DNA of 64,000 nucleotides, from the NCBI RefSeq assembly GCF_964204645.1, contig NC_134029.1:10380850-10444849 (forward strand), in the 5' to 3' direction. The notes under the pieces are model-generated. The model was not told the DNA's origin and ran no database searches. It saw nothing but the letters and a program-made list of their open reading frames with translations. The stretch comes from Tubulanus polymorphus. Lineage: Eukaryota; Animalia; Nemertea. Made by a program: the position numbers and the translations under genes. Below, piece after piece: positions 12,689 to 24,149 of this stretch (positions within the stretch are counted from its first letter, which is position 1; every line of letters starts with the position of its first letter).

Positions 12689-15600
12689 TGTTCATCTCAA
12701 ATTCTTGAAGCACGTTTTTCTGATATGCAACATTTGAATGGTTTGGAGATTTGTGACGTATCTCCCGATCAGATTAGGGTATTAATAGGAGCGGATGTGC
12801 CAAAGGCTCACCTCCAAATTGACGTAAAAAGAAGGCGCTGCAGGGGAGCCTTTTGCTATAAAGACTTGCCTGGGTTGGTGTCTCTTTGGTCCTTCATATG
12901 TAGAATCTTTAGCTGATGTCCAAGCTCAGGTTAATTGTATAATCGCAGGGGATAAGGATTTAAATAAACAGGTTGAACGTTTTTGGTCCACTGAGTCTTT
13001 TGGTGTAGCCTGTCAAGGTCAGACAGGGTCAATTGAGGATCAAAGGGCCTTGTCTATCTTAGAAAATACTACAAAAATCGTTGAGGGGCACTATGAAGTT
13101 GGGATGCTTTGGAGGGATAAGAGTAGTACGCTTCCTTTTAATAAATCTGTTGCTGAAAGGAGGTTTGGAATTTTGGCTAGTCGCTTGTAAAAAGATCCAA
13201 ACATGTAAAAAGGGTATTCTGATACATTGAACGGTTACATCGCCGATGGTTATGCACGCAAGTTAACGTCTGAGGAAGCTTCAGTCGTTAGTCCCAGAAC
13301 ATGGTTCATACCACATCATTGCGTGTTGAATGCAAACAAGCCTGGTAAATTCAGAGTCGTATTCGACGCGGCTTCAAAATATGAAGGAATTTCATTAAAT
13401 GACAAACTTGTGACTGGGCCAGATTTGTTAAACAGCTTGTTTGGTATTCTTCAACGTTTTAGGCTTTATGAGGTGGCATTAGTTGCCGACATAAAGGCGA
13501 TGTTCCACCAAGTGAGAGTGTCTGAGGCAGATTCTGATTTTTTACGGTTTATTTGGAAGGAGGATGTCTATAAACCCGGATTACCTGAAGTATATAAAAT
13601 GAATGTACATATATTTGGTGCCAAGGATTCCCCTAGTTGTGCCAATTATGCGTTGAAGCGATCAGCAACCGACAATTCGGCGTCATATAGTAAAGTCGCT
13701 GTAGATACAGTTGTCAGGGACTGTTATGTAGATGATTTAATCAAATCCATTGAAACTGAAGCATTCGCAATTAATTTGTCAGGGGAAGTTAGTGAAATTG
13801 TCGGTAAAGGCGGGTTTCATTTAACCAAATTCATGTCTTCAAGTAAAAACGTTTTGGCGCATATACCTGATATCGATCGTAATGATCCCACGTTAGATTT
13901 AGAGTTCAATGAACTGCCAGTCGAGAGGGTCTTGGGTATTAAGTGGAATCCTGAAAATGACGTTTTTCTGTTTAGGCCTGACATTAAGGAAATTTCTCCT
14001 ACTAAACGCAGTGTTCTTAGTACTGTTTTTCAATTTTTGATCCCTGTGGATATCTCGCTCCATTTACGTTTAAAGCGAAATGTTTAATACAGGATTTATG
14101 GAGGTGCAATTTAGACTGGGATGATGAATTGACCGATAATTTGCTTGTTAGATGGCGCGCGTGGCAAGATGAGTTACCTTTTCTTGCAAATGTTAGTATC
14201 CCTCGCCACCACTTAGGTTTCTCTTCTAACGCAAAACATATTGAGTTACATCTGTTCTCGGATGCTTCAGAACGTGGCTTTGGTTCTGTTGCGTACCTGC
14301 GTTATACTTTTGATAATTCTATTCATTGTTCAATAGCTGCATCGAAAACTCATTTAGCTCCAATTAAACAGAGATTAACGGCGCCAAAATTGGAACTACA
14401 AGGTGCAGTTATGTCCGCACGTTTATCAGAGACGTTAAAGGCTGAATTAGGAATTTCATTTGATAAACTATTTCTTTGGTCTGATTCAGCCACTGTATTG
14501 AGGTACATAAGCAACGAATCGAAGCGATTCAAGATGTTTGTAGCTAATAGAGTTACGGAGATTCGTGAATCTACAAATCCTAATGGAAATATGTCCCTAG
14601 TAATTTAAACCCAGCAGATGACTGTACTCGTGGTCTTCCAGCTGGAAGTTTAACTATTGAACAAAGATGGTTACGAGGGCCAGAGTTTCTTTTTCAGACG
14701 CCTGAAAAATGGCCGGATCAGCCGGTCTTAGGTTCCGTTAGTGAAAACGATGATAACGTTCAAAGGTTCAAATATGTGAACAACACTGCTGTTTACGACA
14801 GTTCATTACTTCTTAGTTTAGACCTTGAGGGTCTAATTACACCTCAAGATATTTCATCATTGATGTTGCTAAAACGCAAAACTGCATGGATTTTGCGAGC
14901 AGTAAGAAATTTTGCTGCTAAAATTCCCAGGCTGGGTATGACAGCTATAAAATCCAAATATCTTTTACCAGAGGAATTAAATGATGCAGAGATGTGTTTA
15001 ATTGTAAATGCGTAACGGGAATCGTACCCGAGCGAGTATAATTCGCTGCATCAAGGCATAGTAGCTAATAAGAGTAGGTTACGTTGTCTCGATCCATTCA
15101 TAGATGGTCCCTGTATAAGAGTCGGGGGTAGGATACGTAACGCACCCTATATTCCAAATGAAGCAAAGCATCAATTGTTACTCCCATTTGGTCACCATAT
15201 TACGAATCTAATCGTGAAACGTGAACATTTATTGTCATTGCATTCTGGGCCTGAACATGTCATAGCGTCTGTACGACAAAAGTATTGGCCTATCAAGGCT
15301 CGAATTGTGGCGAAATCAGTCATTCGCAAATGTTTTACTTGTTGGCGACGAACGGCAATGCCTAAGATACCTTTTATGTCTGATTTACCGGACTTTCGTT
15401 TAACTGCGTATTCTCGCCCATTTGAATATACAGGAGTTGATTACCTTGGACCTCTGTTGGTAAAAAGAGGTCGTTCTGTTATTAAACGATGGGTTTGTCT
15501 ATTCACTTGCCTTGTGACTCGGTCAGTTCACCTTGAATTAGCAGATTCCCTCGAAACCGATAGTTTCATGTTGGTTCTACGTAGTTTTATTAGTAGACGT

Positions 15601-15878
15601 GGTACGCCTAGGGAGTTGTATAGTGACAATGGAACCAATTTCATTGGTGCTGAACGGGAATTAAAGTCTTGTCTTTCAGAATGGAATCAGTCATTCCTAT
15701 CAAATTTTTTAGTAGAAAAAGGCACGAAGTGGATTTTCATGCCGCCCAACGCGCCTCACTTCGGTGGCGTATGGGAACGTTTAGTAAGGTCGGTTAAGAG
15801 AGCTTTGAAGTCAGTACGTGGGGAGCAATGTGTCTGTGAAACTGTATTACGTACTACCCTTATAGAGGTGGAGGGTGC
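12689..15878 (+). pseudogene. BEL element 1 pol: RT, RNase H, integrase N-part (stops and frameshifts)
   Basis: KPGKFRVVFDAAS, CYVDDLIKS, LHLFSDASERGFGS, NPADDCTRG, TGVDYLGP, YSDNGTNF, GGVWERLVRSVK. Confidence 0.95.
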
Positions 15879-16416
15879 TGTCGGAGACTGATCGACAAAA
15901 GGACTAACAACGGACAACGCTTTAACGTCAAACAGTTTAATGACCGGCAGAGCGGTAGCGAAAAACGATAACGAGTTAACTACAAAAAATAGAATAACAG
16001 CTAAATACATATTCAATAAATAAGAATTTCAGAATTTCAGGCAAAATTTGAAGTAATACATTGCATACAACTTACAGCTCTTTATCCGGTAAAATTCACA
16101 TGGTCTAAACTCAAATGGCAAATGCCCAGAAAACTAAATGTTATGCGATTATATAGAGAGGTAACTACAATAGGGACAATACCCATACACAGAAACAGTT
16201 ACAAACCGGAAATCTGGAATAAAAGAAGCCAGGAATACGTTGTGCATGAAGCGCGAACCTGAAACTTGACCATAGTATGAGTTAGTACATAACATTAGAC
16301 AACATCCCCCGCCCTTAACGTCTGATAGTTAAAAAAGAAAACCAAAAAACAAATCAAACAAAAAAAAACATGCAAGTCAATCCTGAAAGTTGAAGACATT
16401 GTATAAATTCTATAAG

Positions 16417-18360
16417 TTATGGGATAGCTTCATCCAATCTAGCGATTTTGGCAACCGGTCTTATGAACTCAGCACCAGTACCAGTTTTTAATTTAACTCC
16501 TCGAATTTTCCCATCATCGCCGGGATAAACCTCAGCGACCCTAGCCAGACTCCACTGCCCCCTAGGCACATCAGTGTTCACTAATAGAACCAGATCACCG
16601 GTATTTATAGGACAATTATCCTCAGCCCATTTACCTCGCACTGTTAGCATCGGAAGATATTCCTTTAACCATCTTTTCCAAAGATGGTCGGCAATGACTT
16701 GACTTTGTCTCCAGCGCTTCCTACTACTTATTTCCTGATCGTGAAATACATCAGGAGGTTTATAACTAGTTGAACCTCCATGTAAGAAATGATTAGGCGT
16801 AATTGCGCTGAAATCCAAAGGATCGGAGCTATTGTACGTTAAGGGGCGGCTATTGATAACTGCCTCTGTTTCAATGAGGGCCGTACGCAAAACAGAGTCT
16901 GTAACTAACTGTAACTTAAGTATTTGTTTGAGCGCCTTTTTGGTGGATTTGACAAGCCTTTCCCAAGCACCACCAAAATGGGGAGCCAAAGGAGGTGAGA
17001 ATTTCCAAGTAACATCACGCTGCAGTAAAAAACTATGTATTTGAACTTGGTTAAATCGCTGAATACCATCCCTGAGTTCCTTTTCTGCACCTACGAAATT
17101 TGTTCCATTATCAGAGTATATCTCAGACGGAGGACCCCTGCGCCCTATAAAATTGCGCAACACTAGAATAAATGAATCGGTTTCCAGAGAATCTGCAACC
17201 TCTAGGTGAATCGCCCGAGTAACTAGACATGTGAACAAACAACCCCACCGTTTCACAGTACTTCTGCCTAATTTGACGTAAATAGGGCCGAAGTAATCAA
17301 CTCCCGTAAATGTAAACGGGCGAGTTTAAGCAGTTATACGCGCAGCAGGTACATTACCCATGATCGGTATCAAAGGTTTAACCCTATCACGTCGACAAAT
17401 CACGCAGTTTTGTATGACACTTCTGACTAAGCTACGACCTTTGACAGGCCAAAATTTCTGTCGAACCTCGGCCAAGACGTGCTCGGGACCGGCATGTAGT
17501 AACGCTTCATGAGTCTCGGCAATAATCAAACGAGAAACATGATGCCCAAACGGTAATATTACTTGATGACGGGCTTCTAATGGTATGTCAGCTTTCGCCA
17601 GTCTGCCGCCTACTTTCAATACTCCGTCACCAAAGGTTGGACGTAAAGGTACTATGGGACTTTTCCTTGATAAAGTGCCCTTAGACTGTAGAGATCTAAT
17701 CTCATCTCCGTAACCCTCACGCTGCGCGTGTCTAATGAGAAAGTGTTGCGCTTCGCTAAGCTCAGACGGCAATAAGTTTCGACCACCCTTGCCACTATCA
17801 ACATTTAACCGAGGGACCAATGATGAAAATTTCTTCACGGCCCTAATTACCCTAGCTACATGGCAACGTAACTCATACCATGATGAGAACCTATCAATAT
17901 TCACCAACTGAAACACATTATCAAATACAGAATCAAAGTTTTTATTTACAACGGAACTAGCGTATGTACACCTTTTAATATTTTCGCGATCGGTCAGGGG
18001 TCCATGAACTATTGACTGATCAGGCCACTCATCAACCTCATTCGCTGAATACAAGAAATCAGGTCCACGGAGCCATCGTGAACTGGTGTGAATTTCGGCA
18101 GCTGGCAAGCCACGTGTACAGATGTCTGCCGGGTTAACATTAGATGGAACATACATCCACTGCTCTGTCGAAGTATGACGTAATATCTTACTTAATCTAT
18201 TAGCGACGAACGTCGTGAACCTGGTTGAACTGTTGTTGATGTACCTGAGGACCGTAACAGCATCCGACCAGTAGAAAACGCGAAGAAATTTCAACTCTGG
18301 TAGCTCGTCCTTCAAAGTGTAAGCAAGTTTCATGCCAAGAACAGCTCCTTCAAGCTCCAA
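16417..18360 (-). pseudogene. BEL element 2 RNase H C-part and integrase (one in-frame stop near 17326)
   Basis: LELEGAVL, WSDAVTVL, NPADICTRG, GVDYFGP, YSDNGTNFVGA, GGAWERLVKS, DUF5641-like C-terminus. Confidence 0.95.
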
Positions 18361-18407
18361 CTACAATATTAAACGATTTCTATGTCGACGATTTACTCAA
18401 ATCGGTT

Positions 18408-19126
18408 TGAGTTATACCAACGCGCTGATGGACTTGAACGTGAAACTGTTCAACGAATTTAGGCCAAGCAAATGCTGACCCATCGAACATCGGGAACTCT
18501 ACTGGTGGCAAATCTCGATCGACGCTCAGACGCTCCAACGCACGTGTGAAATTAGCTTCTCCGCCCGTTTCACCTCTGGGTGCTGTCTCACGGCCAGGAA
18601 TCAGCTGGTCAATCCAAGCATCGATGGCTTCATCTCGGTTCAGCGGCGGTACGATAGGTTGCTGATACACCCAGCGTTTCGTGTCGTCAGTGCGACTGCC
18701 CGGTTGCTCGGCTGGTAATTCTTCGACAGTGGTTTCAGCCATACCCACGTGTTTACGTCGCGTATCAGACTTACGCGACCTGACTGAACCTGCGTCGGAA
18801 TCCATGAGATTTAGAGACCTGATTTTACAGTCTATTTTATCGACGATGTCCAGAACCTTCTCGGAGTACGGTTCGAACCACAACTCAGCATCGAGAACAT
18901 CCTCGTCGGGCAGAGAGATAATCTGAGTGTGTACCGTTTTCAGACTTTCAAACGATTTTAAAACGGTTTCCTTCACTAAACTGAGAGCACTCTGGCTCTT
19001 GAGAATTTCGAATTTGCTTTGACCCTTTTCAATATTTCGGGTCAACCAACCCGCTAATGACTTCCGAGAATTGAATAGCTTCTCGCGACTCTGGTCTGTG
19101 TATTCCATGTTTTCGGTGGACATCAT
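18408..19126 (-). pseudogene. BEL element 2 gag N-terminal part (truncated by deletion)
   Basis: KSLAGWLTR and DRDLPPVEFPMFDGSAFAWPKFVEQFHVQVH, homologous to element 1 gag. Confidence 0.9.
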
Positions 19127-19606
19127 TCGACGGCGTTACTGTTTTCAGGTGACGTCAAGAAAGAGCTTTAACTTTTGTCGGAGACTGAGCGACAAAAGGA
19201 CTAACAACGGACAACGCTTTAACGCCAAACTGTTTAATGACCGGCAGAGCGGTAGCGAAAAACGATAACGAGTTAACTACAAAAAATAGAATAACAGCTT
19301 AATACATATTCAATAAATAAGAATTTCAGAATTTCAGGCAAAATTTGAAGTAATACATTGCATACAACTTACAGCTCTTTATCCGGCTAAATTCACATGG
19401 TCTAAACTCAAATGGCAAATGCCCAGAAAACTAAATGTTATGCGATTATATAGAGAGGTAACTACAATAGGGACAATACCCATACACAGAAACAGTTACA
19501 AACCGGAAATCTGGAATAAAAGAAGCCAGGAATACGTTGTGCATGAAGCGCGAACCTGAAACTTGACCATAGTATGAGTTAGTACATAACAGTAGACAAC
19601 AGGTGC

Positions 19607-20042
19607 CATTAACAGTAGACCCCAAACATATAACAGCTCAGACCCGAACGATCTAACAACAATAACCCCTAATCATTTTCTCCATGATGGAGCATCTTCA
19701 ATAGTCTCATTTGGTAAGTTTGAAAACAAAGAGATCAATAGCCGTAAAAGGTGGCGGCAGTGTCAGGTTCTGGCGGACCATGTGTGGAGACGATGGATCA
19801 TTGAATACTTGCCTTCCCTCACTGTAAGAGGTAAGTGGACTGATGAAACCTCTAATGTAAAAATTGGAGATTTAGTAATTATCGTTGATAAGAATATCCC
19901 AAGGGGACAATGGTCGTTAGGTAGGGTAACAAATACTATGCCCGGTAAGGATGGACGAGTAAGAGCCCTTAAGGTCAAAACAAGAGGTTCTGAGTACATA
20001 CGACCTGTATCTAAAATTTGTGTATTAGAGGAAAATCGCTGA
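19607..20042 (+). pseudogene. BEL element 1 integrase C-terminus
   Basis: INSRP...ITPNHFL...WRRWIIEYLPSL...PRGQWSLGRV...RPVSKICVLE. Confidence 0.95.
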
Positions 20043-20163
20043 TTGAATTATCATCAAAATTATTATTAGATAATAACCGTATCATGGGTACATGTGCTGT
20101 CACACGAGTGACTAAGCGTTGTTAAATTTTGCCAACATTTGTATTGTTGCCAAGGAGGTGCTA

Positions 20164-20673
20164 TGTTAGAAATTAGCTTTAATTTATAATTAGATTAGTA
20201 AATCGTTTTGTCGTATAAGAAATTATTCATTAGAGCTATGGTTTTTGTATTTGTTATGATTTGTAATTTCATACTTTCTTTGTGTTTTTTACACTCTGCA
20301 AGTTTTGATATGGATTATAGATTTATGAGTTGTGCATTTCTGTGTAGGCGAATGCCTTATATCATGCCTTAACGGCTCAGTAACTTTTGGCTTATATAAT
20401 GTTTGATCAGAAATCTGTGTATTCAGTGTCAGCTCTACATGTCGCATAGTGAACATGAAATTGTGAGTAGCCGGTCTTTAAATATGATTATACATGTATC
20501 AATTATTTCAAATGCTATAATTTGTGGTACATGATGTAAAATGAGCATAATTATTGTTGCTGTAATGTTTGTTTGTTTATTCTTTGTAACAAACCATGAA
20601 TACATAATAAATAATGTGTTTGAAACGTTCGCTGTAGTTAGTCTAGATCGTTGCCAGTCGCCAAGGCACGACA
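20164..20673 (+). repeat. BEL element 1 3' LTR
   Basis: Direct repeat of 8256-8771 with a few substitutions and small indels. Confidence 0.97.
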
Positions 20674-20812
20674 CGATGTGTGCGCTATGGACCTAGCGAC
20701 CGGCATGAGCCACGCAGTTGCTGGTTTTCATTAAATTTTCGATCTGAGCGGGGTACTCGCTCACCAGCAACTAGTTGTCTCCAGTCGCTTTGTCGATGTA
20801 TGCTTAGCTTAA
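20674..20812. mobile_element. MITE right arm (partner of 7925-8255)
   Basis: GCAACTAGTTGTCTCCAGTCGCTTTGTCGATGTATGCTTAGCTT is inverted relative to the left arm. Confidence 0.75.
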
Positions 20813-20869
20813 GACACCCTGACTGCGTGACCCCTTAAATAATAATAAACACAGTAACTACCGGTTACA

Positions 20870-21600
20870 TATAGAATTGGCATGTTCCGGAAGTGGTGAA
20901 CCAGTCTGCTTGCCAAGAAGCTCATTGACCATAGCGAACAACTCCTTGCTATTTCCACCTTCTATTCTTTGCCGATGATAAGACAGCTTTGCTGTGTTCA
21001 TGTGGTTACAAACTATCTGACTAGAGCACGGTACAATTGACGGCTGATATCGGTACGCACTTTCTTTCATCTATACGTTCAAACTTGCGACGGGCCAACC
21101 GAGCCACTCTCACCTCCTTGAAAAACCACGGAGAGGTAGGTCTAGCTGTAACAGTCCTGCTGATTTCAGGTGCATGATTGTCAAGAATGGTAGATAGAAC
21201 AGAGTTGTATTGTTCAACTAAGGCATCCACTCTACACAAAGATTGAGAACTAATTCTACACAAGGATTGAGAACTAATTTTTCAATGTCCCTACAGAAGG
21301 CGTCACAATCGATGTTCTTGATCTTTTTGTATGTGACACACCGTTTGGCTTCCTCCGGCTTACTAATGTTCCATGTAGCAGAGATAGCAAAATGATCAGA
21401 AGGAACCACTAATTTTGACCCCACTAATTTTGATAAATCAATTCCTTGCGGATCGAGAGAGCACGAGATCAATCATGTTCCCTTTAATGTGCGTGGGCTC
21501 CCGTACAAATGGCTTCAAATCAAAAGAGTCCAAAAGTCTTTGAAAGGTAATGACGAATGGGTCGGCTGGCTTATCCACGAGGATGTTTATGTCACCAGCA
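20870..21600 (-). mobile_element. L2-clade LINE, upstream portion (APE endonuclease end and linker); likely the same copy as 6355-7555
   Basis: Minus strand: AGDINILVD...FVREPTHIKGNMIDLVLSR, PSDHFAIS, ILDNHAPE, SPWF, NSKELFAMVN; same strand and colinear with the RT part. Confidence 0.85.
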
Positions 21601-21680
21601 ATGGTCTATGGTGAGCTCGGGCGATTCCTCTTATATATCGATATGATATTATGCATTCAAATTCTGGATAAAACTTCTCA
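21601..21680 (+). pseudogene. RTE-X-like LINE continuation (right part of 5905-6335)
   Basis: MVYGELGRFLLYID...KFWIKL, the motif that normally follows the region interrupted near 6335. Confidence 0.6.
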
Positions 21681-21859
21681 AGGTACCGGTAATAAAGGTA
21701 CGGAAACGTATTTGGAACTAATTAGACTCTATCTGAAATGTTGTGATATTGATGTCGACATCTCGCGATATCGTCTCAAAAAATCGACATACGTATCACG
21801 ACATTAGAAGAAAAGTCGTAATACGTATGTCGACGGTACGGTAATGTCGCGATACAGAT

Positions 21860-22965
21860 ATCTACGGAAGCGATAAGTACGGAAGCGATAAAGGGCCTCG
21901 AGTTGTCGCGTTCCAACTCGACAAGTCGCCATATCTATGTCGACATATCGCGTCAAGTCGACATGAATATGTCGACATATCGTGACGATTTCACGACAAA
22001 TTTCGCCTTTTCGCCCATTTTCCACGGGGCAAGCCGTCATTTGAAGACACGTCTAAATGTAAGATAAGAACGCCAGTAATATGACGGCTGAGTTTCAAGT
22101 CGTCATGAATATGTCGACTTGTCGCGAGGAAGATGGTCGAGAAAACGAAATATGTCGTCAAAACGTTACGATATGTCGACATATTCATGTCGAATTGACG
22201 CGATATATTGCGATATACCAAAATAAATATGGCGACTTGTCCAGTTTGAACGCGACAACTCGAGGCCCTTTATCGCTTCTGTACTGTCGACATATCATAA
22301 CGTTTTGACGAAATTTTTCGTTTTCACGACCATTTTCCTCACAAGTCGACATATTCATGACGTCTTGAAACTCAGTCGTCATATCACTGGCGTCCTCATC
22401 TTACATTTAGTCTTCAGATGACGGCTTGTCCCGTGGAAAATCGGCGAAAAAGCAATTTGTCGTGAAAACGTCACAATATGTCGACATATTCATGTCGACT
22501 TGACGCGATATATCGACATAAATATGGCGACTTGTCGAGTTGGAACGCGACATCTCGAGGCCCTTTATCGCTTCCGTACTTCCGTAGATAAGGGGCCTCG
22601 AGATGTCGCGTTCCAGCTCGACAAGTCGTCATATTTATGTCGATATATCGCGATATATCGCATCAAGTCGACATGAATATGTCGACATATCGTGACGTTT
22701 TGACGACATATTTCGTTTTCTCGACCACTTTCTTCGCGACAAGTCGTCATATTACTGGCGTCCTCGTCTTACATTTAGACGTGTCTTCAAATGACGGCTT
22801 GTCCCGTGGAAAATTGGCGAAAAAGCGAAATTTGTCGTGAAAACGTCACGATATATCGACATATTCATGTCGACGTGACGCGATATATCGCGATATGTCG
22901 ACATAAATATGGCGACTTGTCGAGTTGGAACGCGACATCTCGAGGCCCCTTATCGCTTCCGTAGA
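21860..22965. repeat. Cluster of three ~300-400-bp CpG-rich self-inverted modules
   Basis: Module 21877-22283 bounded by ~120-bp inverted ends (GTACGGAAGCGATAAAGGGCCTCGAG...CTCGAGGCCCTTTATCGCTTC); reversed partial copy ~22285-22579 and reversed copy ~22587-22963. Confidence 0.85.
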
Positions 22966-23270
22966 TATCAAAATTGAAAAAAAGTAATGATCCGTATCAC
23001 GATATATCGTGATGAATTATCGCGATATCGCGATAATCAACGCGTTATATCGATTTAATTTTATCGATCAATCGCGATATATCGCGCTTTGTTGATATAA
23101 TTTCATCGTGATATTTCCTCCAGAGGAATTCACACGAGTTCTGCGCGTGCGCGTGATAGGCGCCGCAAAACCAGTAAATTTTGTCGGGTTTTTAAGCGAT
23201 CATATTTTCTAGAAAAACGCGTTTTACGAACTGAGACTTTCCCGAACCTGTAGGTCCGGATACTAACATT

Positions 23271-23600
23271 AGCCGCGATCACACGAGCATTTTTGGCCCG
23301 GTCCAAATTTGGTCCGGAACAACCTGTTCACACGGGTGCCAAATGGGCCCGAGCGAAATTTGGCCCGTGCCAAAAACGTCGTACCAGCCCCGAGCCTAAT
23401 TTTAGCACCGGACAAATGATTGCGTTTGAATTGCAACTGGCATCGGAAATGATCCACTTCGCTTTGTTTGAGCATTGTTGAGTATCGAGTGAATGGTTTG
23501 CGTGTGAACGCGCTCTCTAATTAGGCACGGGCCAAATTTGGGCAGACCCTGATCGGTGCCGATTTGGCCCGGGCCAAATCTTCTCCGTGTGATCGCGGCT
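23271..23600. mobile_element. 330-bp MITE, Harbinger-like
   Basis: Perfect 15-bp TIR AGCCGCGATCACACG / CGTGTGATCGCGGCT; ATT on both sides; internal TTGGCCCGGGCCAA-type palindromes. Confidence 0.88.
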
Positions 23601-24149
23601 ATTGTTAAAGAATGTTTAAACTTTGTCGGTCCTTGTTACGTATTCGATGTTTGTCAAGCATCACTGATTTACGTATTCCTTATCGTCGTATGTTGGTGAT
23701 CTTTCATTGTCAATGTTGTAGTAAGCTTTAATCTCTGTTATAGCCCTTGTGTATTCTTTCATTGCTGTTGAGTATATAAATTTCCGTACTGTGCTATACG
23801 GCAGTTCAGTTAGTTCTGTTTGATAAAGCAGCTGGTTGAATTTGTAGATGGCAGTCTTCCGAGTTGTGTTTGTACGTAGTTTGGCTTTTCTGGCCGTAAC
23901 AGTCCGTCGTATTCAGTCATAGCCGATTCGTATCTTGACGCGTCGATTCGTTATACTATCAACTTCTATAACGGTATTACATTACGCGTTTTATTGACTA
24001 CGTTTAATATCGTCGAATATTTTTGTTTACTTCTAGGTAAAAGTTTCTTATGTCCCGAATGTAGTATGCGGGAGGTCGCGATATCTTCCCGACCCAGCCG
24101 TCAGCAGAACCCTCGGATCTCGTCGAAATCGATCCCGACGCGATTGACG

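Larger units (their letters stand above)
15879..19601 (-). mobile_element. BEL/Pao LTR retrotransposon (element 2), internally deleted, inserted antisense into integrase of element 1
   Basis: 426-bp LTRs 15879-16304 (3') and 19176-19601 (5'); TSD GGTGC (15874-15878, 19602-19606); PPT GGGCGGGGGA at 16305-16314 on minus; host reads EVEGA|INSRP across the site. Confidence 0.97.
8256..20673 (+). mobile_element. BEL/Pao LTR retrotransposon (element 1), full length, mutated, two nested insertions
   Basis: TG..CA LTRs 8256-8771 and 20164-20673; 5-bp TSD CGATG (8251-8255, 20674-20678); order gag-PR-RT-RH-IN; purine-rich AAGGAGG just before the 3' LTR. Confidence 0.97.

Noticed and set aside
19155-19175. 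Resemblance of BEL2 post-LTR sequence to U7 snRNA / histone downstream element
   Set aside because: Short low-complexity match with no histone stem-loop; likely chance
21804-22840. Several similar short ORFs on both strands
   Set aside because: Products of the palindromic modules; no domain motifs
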